From the IMG/VR virus record IMGVR_UViG_3300020331_000002: a stretch of DNA of 64,000 nucleotides, one strand, 5' to 3'. A program made the position numbers and the translations under genes. Shown one piece after another: positions 1-12,700 of this stretch (position 1 is its first letter; each line of letters starts with the position of its first letter). The stretch is from a virus. Its lineage: Duplodnaviria > Caudoviricetes. The notes below the pieces were generated by a model that worked only from the letters and a program-made list of their open reading frames with translations, was not told the origin of the DNA and made no database searches.

Positions 1-203
1 TTAATTAATTCAACCCATTCACTAGCGGTTATGAGTTGCTCATCAAACTTAGTCGCAAAAGTCTCGACTTTACCGTAACCGAAACCCGCAACGTTTACCC
101 CACTTGCTGTTCTGCTAGCGACATCACTTATTAGCTTCTCCACAGTTTCCTGAAAGCCATTAAAGTGTTCGTTTTCAATTAAATTGTTTATATTATAACT
201 CAT
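1..203 (-). CDS. Virion structural protein, 5' part only (runs off window); paralog of the 213..1304 product
   Basis: Manually translated: MSYNINNLIENEHFNGFQETVEKLISDVASRTASGVNVAGFGYGKVETF...ITASEWVELI. Its GFGYG...I.A.EW motif matches GFGYG...IRAAEW in 213..1304. Not in ORF track. Confidence 0.75.
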   Translation of the reverse strand, partial: MSYNINNLIENEHFNGFQETVEKLISDVASRTASGVNVAGFGYGKVETFATKFDEQLITASEWVELI

Positions 204-212
204 ATTCTACCT

Positions 213-1304
213 TTAAGGTGGCGTAATAACGTCAGGTTCTGCTTCATCCAAAGCAGTCATAAGGTTTACTGTAGGGGACGGTGATGGTGCGTTAGTGTCA
301 ACGCTTGTCGTATGATCGACATACACAGTAAGCAAACCGTCTGAATACGTTTCGCCAGGCTCACTGATAAACTCAACCTTAAATTGAATCGTATACGCTG
401 ATGCAGGTATAGTGTTTAGTCGCGCATATACACGAACAACATCCTGACCATTATCATAATCGCCTACCACCCTGTATATTTCCCGCCAAGCTGTCACACC
501 GCCTGACATTATTCCGTAGAAACCGGATCCTAGTGTTATTGTACCGAAACTGTCGCCTAGTTCACGGTATACTCGGTCTGCGCTTATTACAATACGCCCG
601 ATATCTTCCAAGCGTTCTTGCCATATAGCATTGTACTCATGGGTGTAAAAATAGTTTTGTTCGTACGGAGTGTCGTAATATACAGTACCGTCCGGAGTGC
701 CGCCAGACTTTTCGAACTCAAGCAGTATTTTACTACCTGTGTTAAAGTAGTGACGCATTTCGTCAAAGTTGTTGAATGCGAACTCAAATTCCAGATTTAT
801 TTGATCAGTCCAAGGCCGGGTTCTAGACTCAGTAAGCATAGTTCCGCCAACTGTGGTTAAAGACTTCGCAGGTGAAAGCTCAAAACGATTAGCCCTTACA
901 TATTCCATCACAGCAATCATACCTTGCTGGGCATCATCATACGAGATGACATAATCACCTACGTTTACTATGTCGGGCATCTCACTCACGGTGCCTTGGT
1001 GTTGTACAACTCTATCAATGGCAACTAATAATGAAGTCCACTCAGCTGCACGAATAATTTCGTCGGTTTGCTTAATGGGAATAGTCACAGGAGATCCGTA
1101 GCCGAACCCGCCTTCTAGTACGCTAGAATTGCCTTGGTTACTGTCGCCTATAACTTCGTTGATCTCAGACGCCAATAAGTTGAAGTCTTCTGCGCGAATG
1201 ACCCCTTCTGGGTGATACGTCGTATCATAAGCAAAATTTTGATTAGGCGGTACATTTCTTTCGTCGCCTGGCACGTAAGGTGTGCGCAATGAATCATCGG
1301 CCAT
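213..1304 (-). CDS. Virion structural protein (baseplate/fibre-associated family)
   Basis: 363-aa ORF preceded by late motif CTAAATA (1335-1341, minus), at the end of the baseplate operon; GFGYG motif and F.F.F.NFDEMRHYFNTG motif. Confidence 0.7.
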   Translation of the reverse strand: MADDSLRTPYVPGDERNVPPNQNFAYDTTYHPEGVIRAEDFNLLASEINEVIGDSNQGNSSVLEGGFGYGSPVTIPIKQTDEIIRAAEWTSLLVAIDRVVQHQGTVSEMPDIVNVGDYVISYDDAQQGMIAVMEYVRANRFELSPAKSLTTVGGTMLTESRTRPWTDQINLEFEFAFNNFDEMRHYFNTGSKILLEFEKSGGTPDGTVYYDTPYEQNYFYTHEYNAIWQERLEDIGRIVISADRVYRELGDSFGTITLGSGFYGIMSGGVTAWREIYRVVGDYDNGQDVVRVYARLNTIPASAYTIQFKVEFISEPGETYSDGLLTVYVDHTTSVDTNAPSPSPTVNLMTALDEAEPDVITPP

Positions 1305-1358
1305 ATAGTCACTAAACCCTTTAATCTTTTCGTGTATTTAGTGACTACCGGACCGATA

Positions 1359-2162
1359 TTATTTACATGAAGGTTTCTTCACAGGGAATAGAGCAGGGCA
1401 ATAAGCAACATCATATCCAGTTGTCACAGTGCCTTGGACGGTCTTGTTGTTTAGAATCTCAATATCAGTGTAGACAAATACATTGTCCCATTCGACCCTA
1501 GCATCAATTTTGATACGCACGTATTTGCCATCATAACGATAGACGGTTGTGCGCTTGCTGCCGATATCCATTATACCGATATTATGTCCTGTACCTGCAT
1601 ACGATGTGGCAGCGTCGCCGAATCGTAAACGAACAGTGCCTACTTCCCTGTCAAACTTAGCTAGTTCAGTAGAGTAGAGCGACGAGGCTAGACGACTACC
1701 ATCGATAGTCACAGCAAGGAATCCGCCCAATTTAAAAAAGTTCTTCATATGTTTGAAATCATCAAACACATAAGTCGCATGTGATCCAAATGTAGACTTG
1801 GGATTCTTGTGCTTCATAATCTTTAGCTCACCTGGACCGGTAGCTGCGATGTATGACGCGCTGACTTTTAAGCCCTTGCCAGCTTCTTGTTGCTGCTCAA
1901 AGTGTTGCGAGATTGTTTCTATGTTTCCGAGCATGGTGCTTTTTTCAGGCAAGCCAAGTAGAGTCAATAGCTTTGCGACTTCTCGCTCGAAATGAGCGCA
2001 TGCATCCGCGTCAGCCTCTTTTAAAGGCGACACTAGAGGTATCGGCTGTGCGCCGATACCTCTAAACTTGTCTGCTTTAGTGATTGGCTTTTCAGAATCA
2101 ACCACTAATTTGTTGAACAAGATGGCACATGTATTATATTCAGTACCATGCACGTTGTACAT
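1359..2162 (-). CDS. Virion structural protein, diverged paralog of 213..1304
   Basis: FDDFKHMKNFFKLGG resembles FNNFDEMRHYFNTGS of the neighbour; TAATG coupling with upstream gene. Confidence 0.6.
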   Translation of the reverse strand: MYNVHGTEYNTCAILFNKLVVDSEKPITKADKFRGIGAQPIPLVSPLKEADADACAHFEREVAKLLTLLGLPEKSTMLGNIETISQHFEQQQEAGKGLKVSASYIAATGPGELKIMKHKNPKSTFGSHATYVFDDFKHMKNFFKLGGFLAVTIDGSRLASSLYSTELAKFDREVGTVRLRFGDAATSYAGTGHNIGIMDIGSKRTTVYRYDGKYVRIKIDARVEWDNVFVYTDIEILNNKTVQGTVTTGYDVAYCPALFPVKKPSCK

Positions 2163-2956
2163 TATAGCACGAACCTCGTAACAGCTTCAACAAGTTTTTC
2201 ACCCTGATCACTTGATCGACCAAGTGCGCGGCCGATTACTTCAGGAGAACTGCGATGGCCAACTTCTGCACAACCTGGGTATTTGCGCGAAGCAACCAAG
2301 TAATCACCTACAAGAACTTCACCGACCACACGAACAGGAACTCGTCCCGCAAGAGCAACAGGTAGCCATTCATCTGCGCCAGTCTCTTCAGTTGCATTCA
2401 TTAAGAAAGCAGGTGCCGTTGACACTACGCCGAACGGAACGTCGCTACTTTGGCCGAACTCGGTGATTTCTTTTTCGCCACCAAGCATAACGATGGTGCC
2501 AGGTTCATACACTTTGTCCGCATGATATTTTTCTGCAATATCCGCGTAACGTGCGCGGGCTGCCGTACCGGAGAACTCTTGGGCGTATACAGTACAGAAT
2601 TCTAATGTACTTGACCCGATATTGTGTTCGCCGCCTGAACAGTTTTGTGAAGGTAAAATGTTACCGTCAAAAATATAGTTCTGACCTTCTTTAAACGGGA
2701 AACTGATCCAGTCACTACCTTTACGTAGCTTAAATTCAGACTCAGCAATATCCCACCATGTTTGCCCTTCTGTCGGGTTAAGAGGTTCGGATCCGCTAGC
2801 TGAGTTTTCAAGAAGTTGTAGCATGGCTTTCATAACATGCTCGCCGTACCCGGTTGTGTTACGGCCCACTAACGGGATTGAAAATTGTTCTGTATCAACT
2901 GTGCTGTCGTTGATAGTGACAGCGCGTCCATCACTTAAATTAATTAGATATGCCAT
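2162..2956 (-). CDS. Virion structural protein with C-terminal autoproteolytic/chaperone-like (peptidase G2-type) domain
   Basis: ARYADIAEKY...YEPGTIV..GGEKEI...GVVST.PAFLMN...VALAGRVPV.V.G....GD.LV is a C-terminal motif typical of phage tail and fibre proteins. Confidence 0.6.
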   Translation of the reverse strand: MAYLINLSDGRAVTINDSTVDTEQFSIPLVGRNTTGYGEHVMKAMLQLLENSASGSEPLNPTEGQTWWDIAESEFKLRKGSDWISFPFKEGQNYIFDGNILPSQNCSGGEHNIGSSTLEFCTVYAQEFSGTAARARYADIAEKYHADKVYEPGTIVMLGGEKEITEFGQSSDVPFGVVSTAPAFLMNATEETGADEWLPVALAGRVPVRVVGEVLVGDYLVASRKYPGCAEVGHRSSPEVIGRALGRSSDQGEKLVEAVTRFVL

Positions 2957-2964
2957 GATTATCC

Positions 2965-3555
2965 TTAGCTCATTTGCACTCGTATAGTGTATTCAATTTC
3001 TAGTATTCTATTAGCTGATTTCAACACTGGGTGAAACCTAACGTGACTTAGCATTATGCCGCTTGAGTCTTTGAGTGCTAGTTCATTGAAAACGTATTCG
3101 TTATTAAAATCTGTTAAGTCGTCCAAATCCAATTGGTTTCCGTATGCGTTGCCGTCTTCGTCTACTTGTTCAGAATTAGGTTCACCAGATGCCAAGGTTA
3201 CCACTACCCGTAAGTCGGCATTAGCGCCGTTTACTGTTTCGACGTAGCTGTCCGGACCACTGTTCTGCACGTCTTTTTGGTATGTTTCGTTATAAAGCGC
3301 GGCTTGCTCGTCATACACTTCACTGACATTGGGCTCCGCGTATAAAACGGTTCCGTCAGTCTGTATGCTTGCGCCGCCGTTACCGAAAGCCATATACCTA
3401 ATATGACCACTGTCATCACCGGATAAGGCACGAACGATAGCTGCGCTCATATTACCGTAGTGAATAGCGTTTGATTTACTAACTAATACTTCGCCAGTAA
3501 TTTTATCACGCACTGTCAAATGCCCGTTCATTGGCAGTTCAGCTATATTAAACAT
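2965..3555 (-). CDS. Conserved baseplate-associated structural protein
   Basis: 196 aa; GHLTVRD..TGEVLV.KSNAIHY.NM, MAFGNGG, F.ELAL, HVRFHPVLKSANR...IEYTIRVQ; within baseplate operon. Confidence 0.6.
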   Translation of the reverse strand: MFNIAELPMNGHLTVRDKITGEVLVSKSNAIHYGNMSAAIVRALSGDDSGHIRYMAFGNGGASIQTDGTVLYAEPNVSEVYDEQAALYNETYQKDVQNSGPDSYVETVNGANADLRVVVTLASGEPNSEQVDEDGNAYGNQLDLDDLTDFNNEYVFNELALKDSSGIMLSHVRFHPVLKSANRILEIEYTIRVQMS

Positions 3556-3557
3556 TG

Positions 3558-3707
3558 TTATCCTCTACTTTTAACGATTGCGGTTCCGGACTCTTTGTCT
3601 CTAATTAAAATAAAATCTTTGACGTCGCCCTGGAATTTATCGTTCGGCTTTGTTTCTTTATTGCTATTTAGCCCGGAAAAACCCGGGCTATTGTTGTCTT
3701 TATGCAC
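3558..3707 (-). CDS. Small 49-aa protein resembling the N-terminus of the downstream structural gene
   Basis: GTG start after AGGGA SD: MHKDNNSPGFSGLNSNKETKPNDKFQGDVKDFILIRDKESGTAIVKSRG. ILIRDKESGTAIVKSR parallels LTVRDKITGEVLVSKSN of 2965..3555. Below ORF-track cutoff. Confidence 0.5.
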   Translation of the reverse strand: MHKDNNSPGFSGLNSNKETKPNDKFQGDVKDFILIRDKESGTAIVKSRG

Positions 3708-3719
3708 TATAAATCCCTT

Positions 3720-6700
3720 TTAAAGATATTTATAAGTGATAGGATTAGCTGCGCCTGAACTCTTAACGAACGATTCCACACCGCTGTCAAATTCAAAGCT
3801 ATCGCCTGTATAAAACACGTCAGGGTCAACAAATTGTGTATCAGACACAAACTGTATTCTGGAACCAGGTGCATGGTTTGCTATACTTGTGCTTAACTGG
3901 CCTCGCTTCAATCCGTAGAAAGTAGTATGCGCGCCATCGTAAGCAATATTCGAGTAACTAACCATCTCACCGTTTATCCAAAAACGTCCTGTATTACCTT
4001 GACTTGTGTAATCTCCTTCAACTTTTACGCTGTATTTATTACTCGGCAATTCGCTGGAAGACACAGTCGCAGACGCGTTGCCCATTACAAATACCTGGTG
4101 ATCACTTGTCTCATCAAGCAAATACCGATACGCGTAGTTTGCGTCACTAAACGACGATTCACTCACAATTACCAACCAGCTATTGACAGGAATAGTAGTG
4201 TTATCAAACGTTATGCTCGCGTCAGTGTCCCATGGGGTACTATCCCACCTATGCACATACTCGCCGTCAACATACTCATCCCAAGGCTCCGAGCGCACGT
4301 TGTCGAAGAAGTCGGATAATTCTTCTACTATCCACTCGGTTGTAACATTAGGCGACACGTTGTAACGAGGTACTTTCCTAGCAACATAAACCCGTGATGT
4401 AGAGCTATCAACGTCAGCAAGAGTTAGGTTGTCACTTGTCACTTTTACATACTCAATTATATGAGAAGGGTTAGTTTCAACCGTAACAACAAGCGCGTCA
4501 TGTACTTCAATTGGCGCTATGCCAGACATAAGGTCTTCACGTGTCATAGGGTTAGCAAATGAACGCGACTCGCTTGGACGAACATCATAAATTTCAACGA
4601 TATCGCCTTCATGTAAAGGCACAATTACGCGCAGAACTTTTTCAGTCGCATCATAATTGAACATATTAATTTCACGTCCATTAACGAACACAAACGGCCC
4701 CATTACGTCTACAACTTGGGTCGTAACGTCAAATTCAACCACAAACGTTTGGTTCATTTCCGGCTTATACTCAATGTGCATATACCCGGCATCGCTTGCG
4801 CTCATCAAGCCCGGATCGTTCTCATCAAATGTACCAAACTCGCCAGAGTCAATAGCGTAGACACGACCTGCGTTAATGTCATTAACACGATCAAACGAAG
4901 CCTCGTCATAGGTCAAGCTAGTCACGCTTCCGTCGTTAGGCGGAATATCACTTACACTTTCTGACCAAACTCGGTTAATGTTTATCGTAGTCGTAGTAAC
5001 AATGTCTTCAAGCCCAGCTATTTCAACCAAGCTATCATCATCACGGTTAACCGTATAAGCAGACGAGAAGTTTCTTATCTTAGTTCTATACGGTTTCACA
5101 TCTTCAATATACGAGCCCAGTAACTCAATGTTATTTGGTGTTGTAATAGCCGGTGTGTCGAACGTATTGCCGGTTTGGCGCACGCTTACATACGAAGTCT
5201 TAAACAACCAATCAACGTGATCCTGTTCGCTCATTACATAAACAAATGCAGTGAATACAGCACTGTTCATATATTTTTCAGTGTCGCCAACAAATATGTA
5301 CTCGCGCAATAGATCCATAAGGAGTCTAAGTTCAAGTCGTAGTTGGTGGCTATATTTACCAGTCCATGCTCTTGGTAAAATTTCCACTGTTTCGTTTTGT
5401 ACAGCAACAATCTCAAAACTACCAGTTGAGTTAACTTCGTAGACAGTGTAATTTGCATTGACTACTGGTTGAACTCTTACCTGGTCCCCAGTTACGAGCC
5501 TAGATTTCAGGGCACTTAGTTCACTCGGCGACTTTACTAAACGAGTAGGATTAACATTCTCAGCGCTATACCCGTCAGCATACCATACACCCCATTGCCA
5601 TAAAGTACCCTCTTGCTCTGCTAAGAATAAGTTCCATTCAGGATAATCAGACCTAATACGTAGGTTCTTAATGTTTTCATTAATATCCTGGAATATAACC
5701 TTACGGGCAGCAAATACGTCTTTAAACCAGCTTTGGCGAGGCGTATTAGAGTTACCGTATTTTTCGTAATCACCAAGGGAAGGATCAGGAACCATCAAGT
5801 ATGAATCCGTGCTCTTGGCGCCTGTTACTGCTTCTATTTGGGTTGGTAAATCAGGCAGTGCACTAGACGCATACGATCCCACAAACTGTGCAGGCACATC
5901 CGGACTTGTTTCATAAACAAGACGCACATACGAGTCAACCGGATGCTCTACCACGTCAGTGTCTTGATATCCCCTGTCCAGCCCAATCAGCTTTATTTTC
6001 CCGTATTTAGACTCGTTGCCATCGGCGTCGACAATCACCCGAGTATTGTAATAAATGCGTTCGCCGTTTAGTTCAATAACGCCACGAGACTCAGGGAATC
6101 GTGTGTCGTACCTATCAAGTAAAAGACTAGTAACGTTTCCGGTTGTTAGCTTGGATTCAGTGTAAGCGAAACCGTCTTCACGTAAATTATAAAGACCTTG
6201 TTTAACTTCGTCCCAACCAGTCGGCTTAGTTATACCGGTAAACGAGTCAATGAACTTCTCCCAGTGCGCTTCTGGCAACTTAGTATCCGAACCATCTTCG
6301 TTTATAATCACCCATTCAGTGTGATTTTGGTTATGTGTTTCTTTATACTTGTAGTTTATTTGGAACGCGGTGTTTCTATTGCGTGCTACGCTAGACACGT
6401 TAGCAAAAACAAAGCTATTCCCATCAACCGCGTAACTAGATGTCTGGTATGAAATCGCAAATGTTTCGTTTGGCTCAAGAACACTATCAAACTCAAGGCC
6501 GCCCTTAACCACACGCCAGTTATGGCCGTCACCGTAGAACTTGCCGTCGCGCAATCTAAACACGCGCACGTCACTGATCCAGTCTGCACCTAAATCAATA
6601 AAGTTACCAGTCTCATAATCAGTAGTAACCTCTACATAACGGTGGCGTCTATCAACGTCATTTTTATGGTCGTTAATAGGCGAGAACCAAATATAGTTCT

Positions 6701-9700
6701 GCTTCGTAGGCGTTAGTATCATACTCGCAACTTGGTACACACTCGCTGTTCTATTAGGCAATGAACCCGCAATCGTTGTTTTTCCCGACACCCAGAAGTA
6801 ATACTTGATTACAGACGCTTTGGTTGCAGAGTTGTACACTTCACGTTGAGTGTATTCGTTTATGTTGCGTGGTGTTCCTGACCCACTGTACTGACTAGGC
6901 GGAACGTCACTTTCGATCCACTCGTAAACAGCCGCCTCAGAACCAGGGAATACCGCGCCCCAGTAATCACGGCGTTCATAGATACTGCCTTGCTCGTAAT
7001 ACAAATAAGCCATCTTAGACGTGTCCCACCAAACTTGACCAATATTGTCTTGATCAAATAAGTTATTGAAGTCAACATGCTCATATACATCCGAGTTGGT
7101 GTATTTGGCTGGGTCAGACGTCATGCGCCACGTTACATTCTGTTCGACTACTGTTGGTAGCAAACCTTTAAAAGGATCGTATACAGGTAACAAGAAGAGC
7201 GTTTCTGCGGTCTTTTCGTCATATAAAAACGCTTGGTCAAACAAATGCGTGTTGACTAACGTTTCTCGCTGTCTTATCGTGGTTTGTACCACATCGTTTA
7301 CCACAGCTTGTATTTCGTACGGCACAAACACGTTGCCTCGGAACTGATAAACAGCCCAGTCGTTCTCGCCAGCTGCGTGATCCACCCATGCTAATTCACC
7401 CTCTAAGAAAGGACTGTTAGCTGAATACACTTCCATGTCATTTCGTGTGTCAAATCTGCAAGATTCAAAACATATAACCCGCATAGTAAGGACTGGCGCA
7501 AACTCGTCTAATTCATCAATATCAGCGTTTTCTAGTAACACGGTATCAGCAGCGGTTAAGTCAGTGCCCGCTAAGTCGCGATATAGTGCATATCTACGAG
7601 TATAGCTAGTCTCTTTCTCGCTCGTTTCATCTATCACCGGTTTGACAAGTACTTGTTTTCCTGCAATATTGCGACGTGGTGACTCCGTATCTAAGCTTGG
7701 GTCAATAGTCACTAAACGACTATAAAGCACGAATGCTTCGCTTGATACTTCACGCGCAAAAACGTCAAACAAGTCAACGTCAGTTTCAAGATACCAAGTA
7801 CTACCGGACTTGAATACTGCTGAGTTTTGTTGAGTTAGTAACTCGGTGGCGCGCAGAACGTCCCAGTCGTCTTTTGCATTGCGTGCTAGCCATAGCGTGT
7901 CACGAGATTCAACACTCTCATTACCTTCGCTGTCGTAAGTGTAATTCACACTAGGAATAGCGGGTTCGCTATTATAATCAAAGACTTGTTCAACATTAAA
8001 CGCGGTGTAGTCTACATCACGTATATGAACGTAACCCGCAGTTGGCATATCGTAATCAATTACGTCGGTTTTAGGGAACAAATCTATCGGGCTAGTGTTC
8101 ACCGGACGGCGGTGCCAGCTATCAACACTATCTTGGTCAACTACAATAATATTATCCTTGTCGCTGTCATTATCAGACAACCCTTCAAGGGTAGCAACCA
8201 TGTCATCTTCCCAGGCAATATCAGTATCATCCCAAGCATCGGTGCCAAACCCGCCGATGTCGAATGAATCTGAACGAGAAACAATAACAGTCGGTGTCTT
8301 GGTATAGCCTTCACCCGAGCTAACTAGAGTAACATCGCTTATTCTGCCATCTTCGCTTAGTTCGCACTTAGCAGTTGCCCACACTATATGCCCCGTATCA
8401 TCAGGCGCAGGGATTATTCTAATATGCGGAGGTGTTGCGTAGAACTCTTCTAAGTCAACAATCTCAATAGAGTGCACCTTTTTATGATCAGTAACCGGTG
8501 TATCTATCAACACAGCTTGCGGGTCACTTACTACCTTTTCCGACGATAGTAAAATATCAAAGCGCTGGGTATTATTAGTTGCGCCGAAGTCGCCTACCTT
8601 AACAGCCCATTCTTCGTTTATGGTGATATTTTCTGACGCGTCTGTATCCAGGGCACGCAGGATCTTGTCACTACTAGTAACCGTTCCTTTTTCTTGGATC
8701 ATGCCACGATAAAACTCGTACTGTGCGTTGTCTCCCAGGCCAAGCGCAGTCAAATAATCCTTACTATCGTAGCCTATCAGGTGTCGTGCTGCGTTAGTAA
8801 TACCAGATCTGTCTAACACGCTTTCACTGTTATGGTAATCACGGATACTTGACGTGTTGTTTTCCAAGTTAGTGATAAGAGACCCAGACTCAGTTATAAT
8901 ATATCCGGGCGCTTCTTTCTTACCGCTCCAGCCAAATGATCTAAATCCGTCAAATATGATGCGCTTCTTTCTTTGCTGCAATAAGCCATCAAACATAACA
9001 TCGTCAAATACGGTTTTGTTATCAAACACAACTACGTGTTCGGAATCCTTGACCCCAAACCGAGCAAAGAAAATACCCGCGTCCTCACTCGCAGTTTCAA
9101 GTGAAATATGCTTTTCGGTACGGCCGAACACTATTGCACTGCGACTAAGCGGCAGGCCAGCTTTGTTTAGCACAACAAACTCACTTGACTTGTCACTTAC
9201 TACAGGTACCGGGTAACCTTGGTCAAATGTTACCGACACCTTTGAGCTTATCGGACTCAATGCCAATAGCGAGTTATTTTCCCAGTTAGACGCTATCCAG
9301 TTTAGTAACTGTTTAGAGCTCTGAACAAAGTCTCTACGTGCTGATGTTACTGGATCACGTTCTTCAAAGTCAAACCCAATGCCATTTAAGTAAGCACCGT
9401 AGCCTATCATGAAGTCTACCAAATCCTGTACAGATGTGAACTCGTGGCCATAGTTTATGCTCAGCTCGCTTGTTGAATCACGCTCTGGATATACTTGCGC
9501 AGACACTGCGTTGATTTTAGGTAGCTCACTTAATGCAGTCCATAAAGTAGGATCAAATACCTGACTATAGTGAGTGGATTTAGCACGGTAGTAAGTACCG
9601 TTCCTTTCTATAATTGAACCAATATTGTACTGCTTATCTTCAGTATAGGTACTAAAAGGTGCGTCTTCTCCACCGCCTTGTATTGTGTAAGACCTGGCGT

Positions 9701-12700
9701 CAGACAGCTTGCCGTAATATTTGAACCAAGGAGACTGAACGTCATAACCATAAACACGGAACGTGTTGGCTCTAACCTTACGAACAATAATACCAGAATA
9801 TGCTTTGACGTCGTATACTTCACTGTCTAAAATCACAGTGTCAATGTTTTCCGACGGCACGTTCAAGTTTGCACCATCGCCTGATACGTTTATCGAGCTT
9901 GTCTTGTAAGTTGTGTTTTCAGGCACAGTAAACCCGCCCATTTTATGGACTAGTTGAACACGCGCATTGCGTACTTTCTGGCCTAGTAATTCTGACACAT
10001 TCTTATTGTTGCGATCTAAGTAATCAGATAACCATTGCTGGTACCCGTAACGAGATACTACTTCGCCATCGCGTACTTCGCCATGCACTACTAAATCAGA
10101 ACGCTGTACACGTTTGCCGGTTTCGTTAAACACGATTTGTTCAGGGCTACGGCTTGACGCAGTAATGTTCACAGTGTCCCACATCAAGTCGCTGAACTTA
10201 GCAGGCTTAGTCAACAACATAAGACGCATAACTTCAAACGGATATATAGAACTCATTCTCCAGCTTTCTTCAGCAGGAGATCCGTCTCCGAAATTCCAGT
10301 CACGGGTAAATGTTGATGCTTTTGCCAGGTCAGGGTCACTCACTAATCCCAACTCATACGGAGTTTTTAAGTTGCCGTCATCGTCAACTGGGATTTCAGT
10401 AAAGCCCATCTTCTTAGACTTAGGTAGTCTTACGTTCGTAACACCTGTGATTTCGTCCCACATTGCGGTGTTTCGTGCGCTATAATCAGTACCGTAAATT
10501 GAAGTCCAATCACCTGGTCTGTCGGAAAACCCTAAACATTCCCAAGGGGTAAGGTGCGGGGTAGTTGTGCCGTATCTGTAACGATACATACCGCGCCATG
10601 AATTGGGCATATTAGTTTTCACTTTAGCCGCATCGTAATTATACGTCCACTCATTACCTTCTTGGTACTGTGCATTCTCGCGCCACTGTATGCCGTTATC
10701 AGTAGTCCATGTGTTAAAAGGTCTAACTAATATTTCATTAATCTCTTTGCGGGAAAACTCAGTTTTTCTTAACTGGTTTGGCACAATGTCGTTAACCAGT
10801 AGCGGCGGTGTATAACTACCATCAACTAGAGAGTTTTTCTTGTATTCATCTCTGATATTGTTGTAAATTCGCTTCTCTAACTCCAACAATAACTGGTCAC
10901 GCACATCGCCATAAACAGGCGTCTTACTGCCGTCATGGCCTAAAATGTAGCCGTTTTCCGGCTTGTTAAACTCGCTAGGCGGTGTAACCGGTGCTTGGCC
11001 AGGGAAAGGAATACTTTCGTCATATACATAGCGTGGTTTGAATACAGGATAAAGACCTAATGTACTCGGCGTTGCAGGTATACGAGATGACTCCAGGTTA
11101 CGATAAACACGGATTGTCAATTCACGATAAAGTGTACTCACGTCACGGTAGTACGGATCAGACGGATACGTATCTGGGTCATAGCGCTCGCGCATGTAAA
11201 CGTCGGTACCAAACAACACATAGTCATCACCCTCAGTCAACACACGCTCGGCGAATCCATAATCGCGCTGAGCGTTTGAATCCAACAACTTCTCGATAAT
11301 TATAAGAGTAGAGCGCGTATCATCGTAACCAGATATGTCAGTTAGCGTCGGATTAATTGCGTCATATTTAACGAAGCCTTCACTCATCTGCGCCGAGCGC
11401 CTAAACACTGACGGATCACTTAGCTTGAACTCTTCATACACTGACCCGAACGGAAACATATACGTATTATTATAGGTGTTGTATGACACTGATCCGTCAA
11501 GAACAGTAGTAACCGCCTCGTTAAATACGCGGTCAATCACGCTAGTATTTTCTAGATCCAAGCTTTGTGATATTCTAGTTAAATCACCAGAGTCGCTTAA
11601 ATCCTTAACAGCTTTTGTGAACTTATTTTTAAACCTAACGTAGTCGCCGCCTGCTTGTTTCATAGCAGGAATGATCGGCATGTCTTTGCTGTTGGCAGTA
11701 AGCATAACAGACAGTAGGTTACTTGAACTCTGTCTAATATATTTGCCGCCCGATACGTCTTTTGAAGAGTTAAAGTACTGGTTCTTCTGCCCGTAGCGGA
11801 TCGCCCCAGTTTCAGTATGGGTGGCTAGAATGCTTAAGAAGTGCGGCATCAAGTCATTAACAGATGCTTCGACTACATCTTCATTGTTGTAGTTGGTCTC
11901 TAATGATGACGGCACTTCATAAAAAGCACTTGTGTTGTCTTTTAATACTTCATCACTTTCGTACTGGACAAAAATAGTATCGTTATCTTGCGCGGTGTCA
12001 GGGAAGTTACTGAAACGCAAGGTGCGCTTGTTCACGATACGATAGCGATTAGAATTAAGCTTAGTGCCGTTATGGAATACACTAACCTCATCACTGTAAT
12101 TTACAGGATGAATAAGCTGGTAATCTGTCTGCGACAAAAGGATTTTCTTAAGTTCAAGTTTCGTTTTAACCGATCTTGATTTAATAGTTATATTATCGTT
12201 TGCAGATGTAGGCGCGTCAATAAACACTTGGTCATTTACAACCGAGTAAACATCCGGAGAAAGCCTCTCGCCGTTTATTTCTATATCGACAGTAGTTGGT
12301 TCAGGCACCAAAGATAAAGTTAATACACGAGTGTCTAGGTCGTCAGTCGCTACAAATTGATCTACAATTGGTTGTTTTTGTTTATCACCAAGTGACCAGA
12401 AGTTTTCATACGTACCTGCTGCGGCAAATCCGTTACGAGCAGTCGGGTATCGTTTGAAATAATAGTAGCCAGGAATCTCTACACTCTCTGTATCGGATTG
12501 AACGTAAATTCTATCCTTATCCAAATTAGCAGTGAATACAATGTCAGTAATCTGACCAATACCTGTATAAGTAAGGTACTTGCCTACTTCGGTATTAAGC
12601 ACTGAACTGAATTCATTTACTTTGTAGCTGAATAACTTACTGCCCGAGAATATCACATTCGGAATATCTTCTATACGACGGTTTTCCAAGCTATCCGAAT

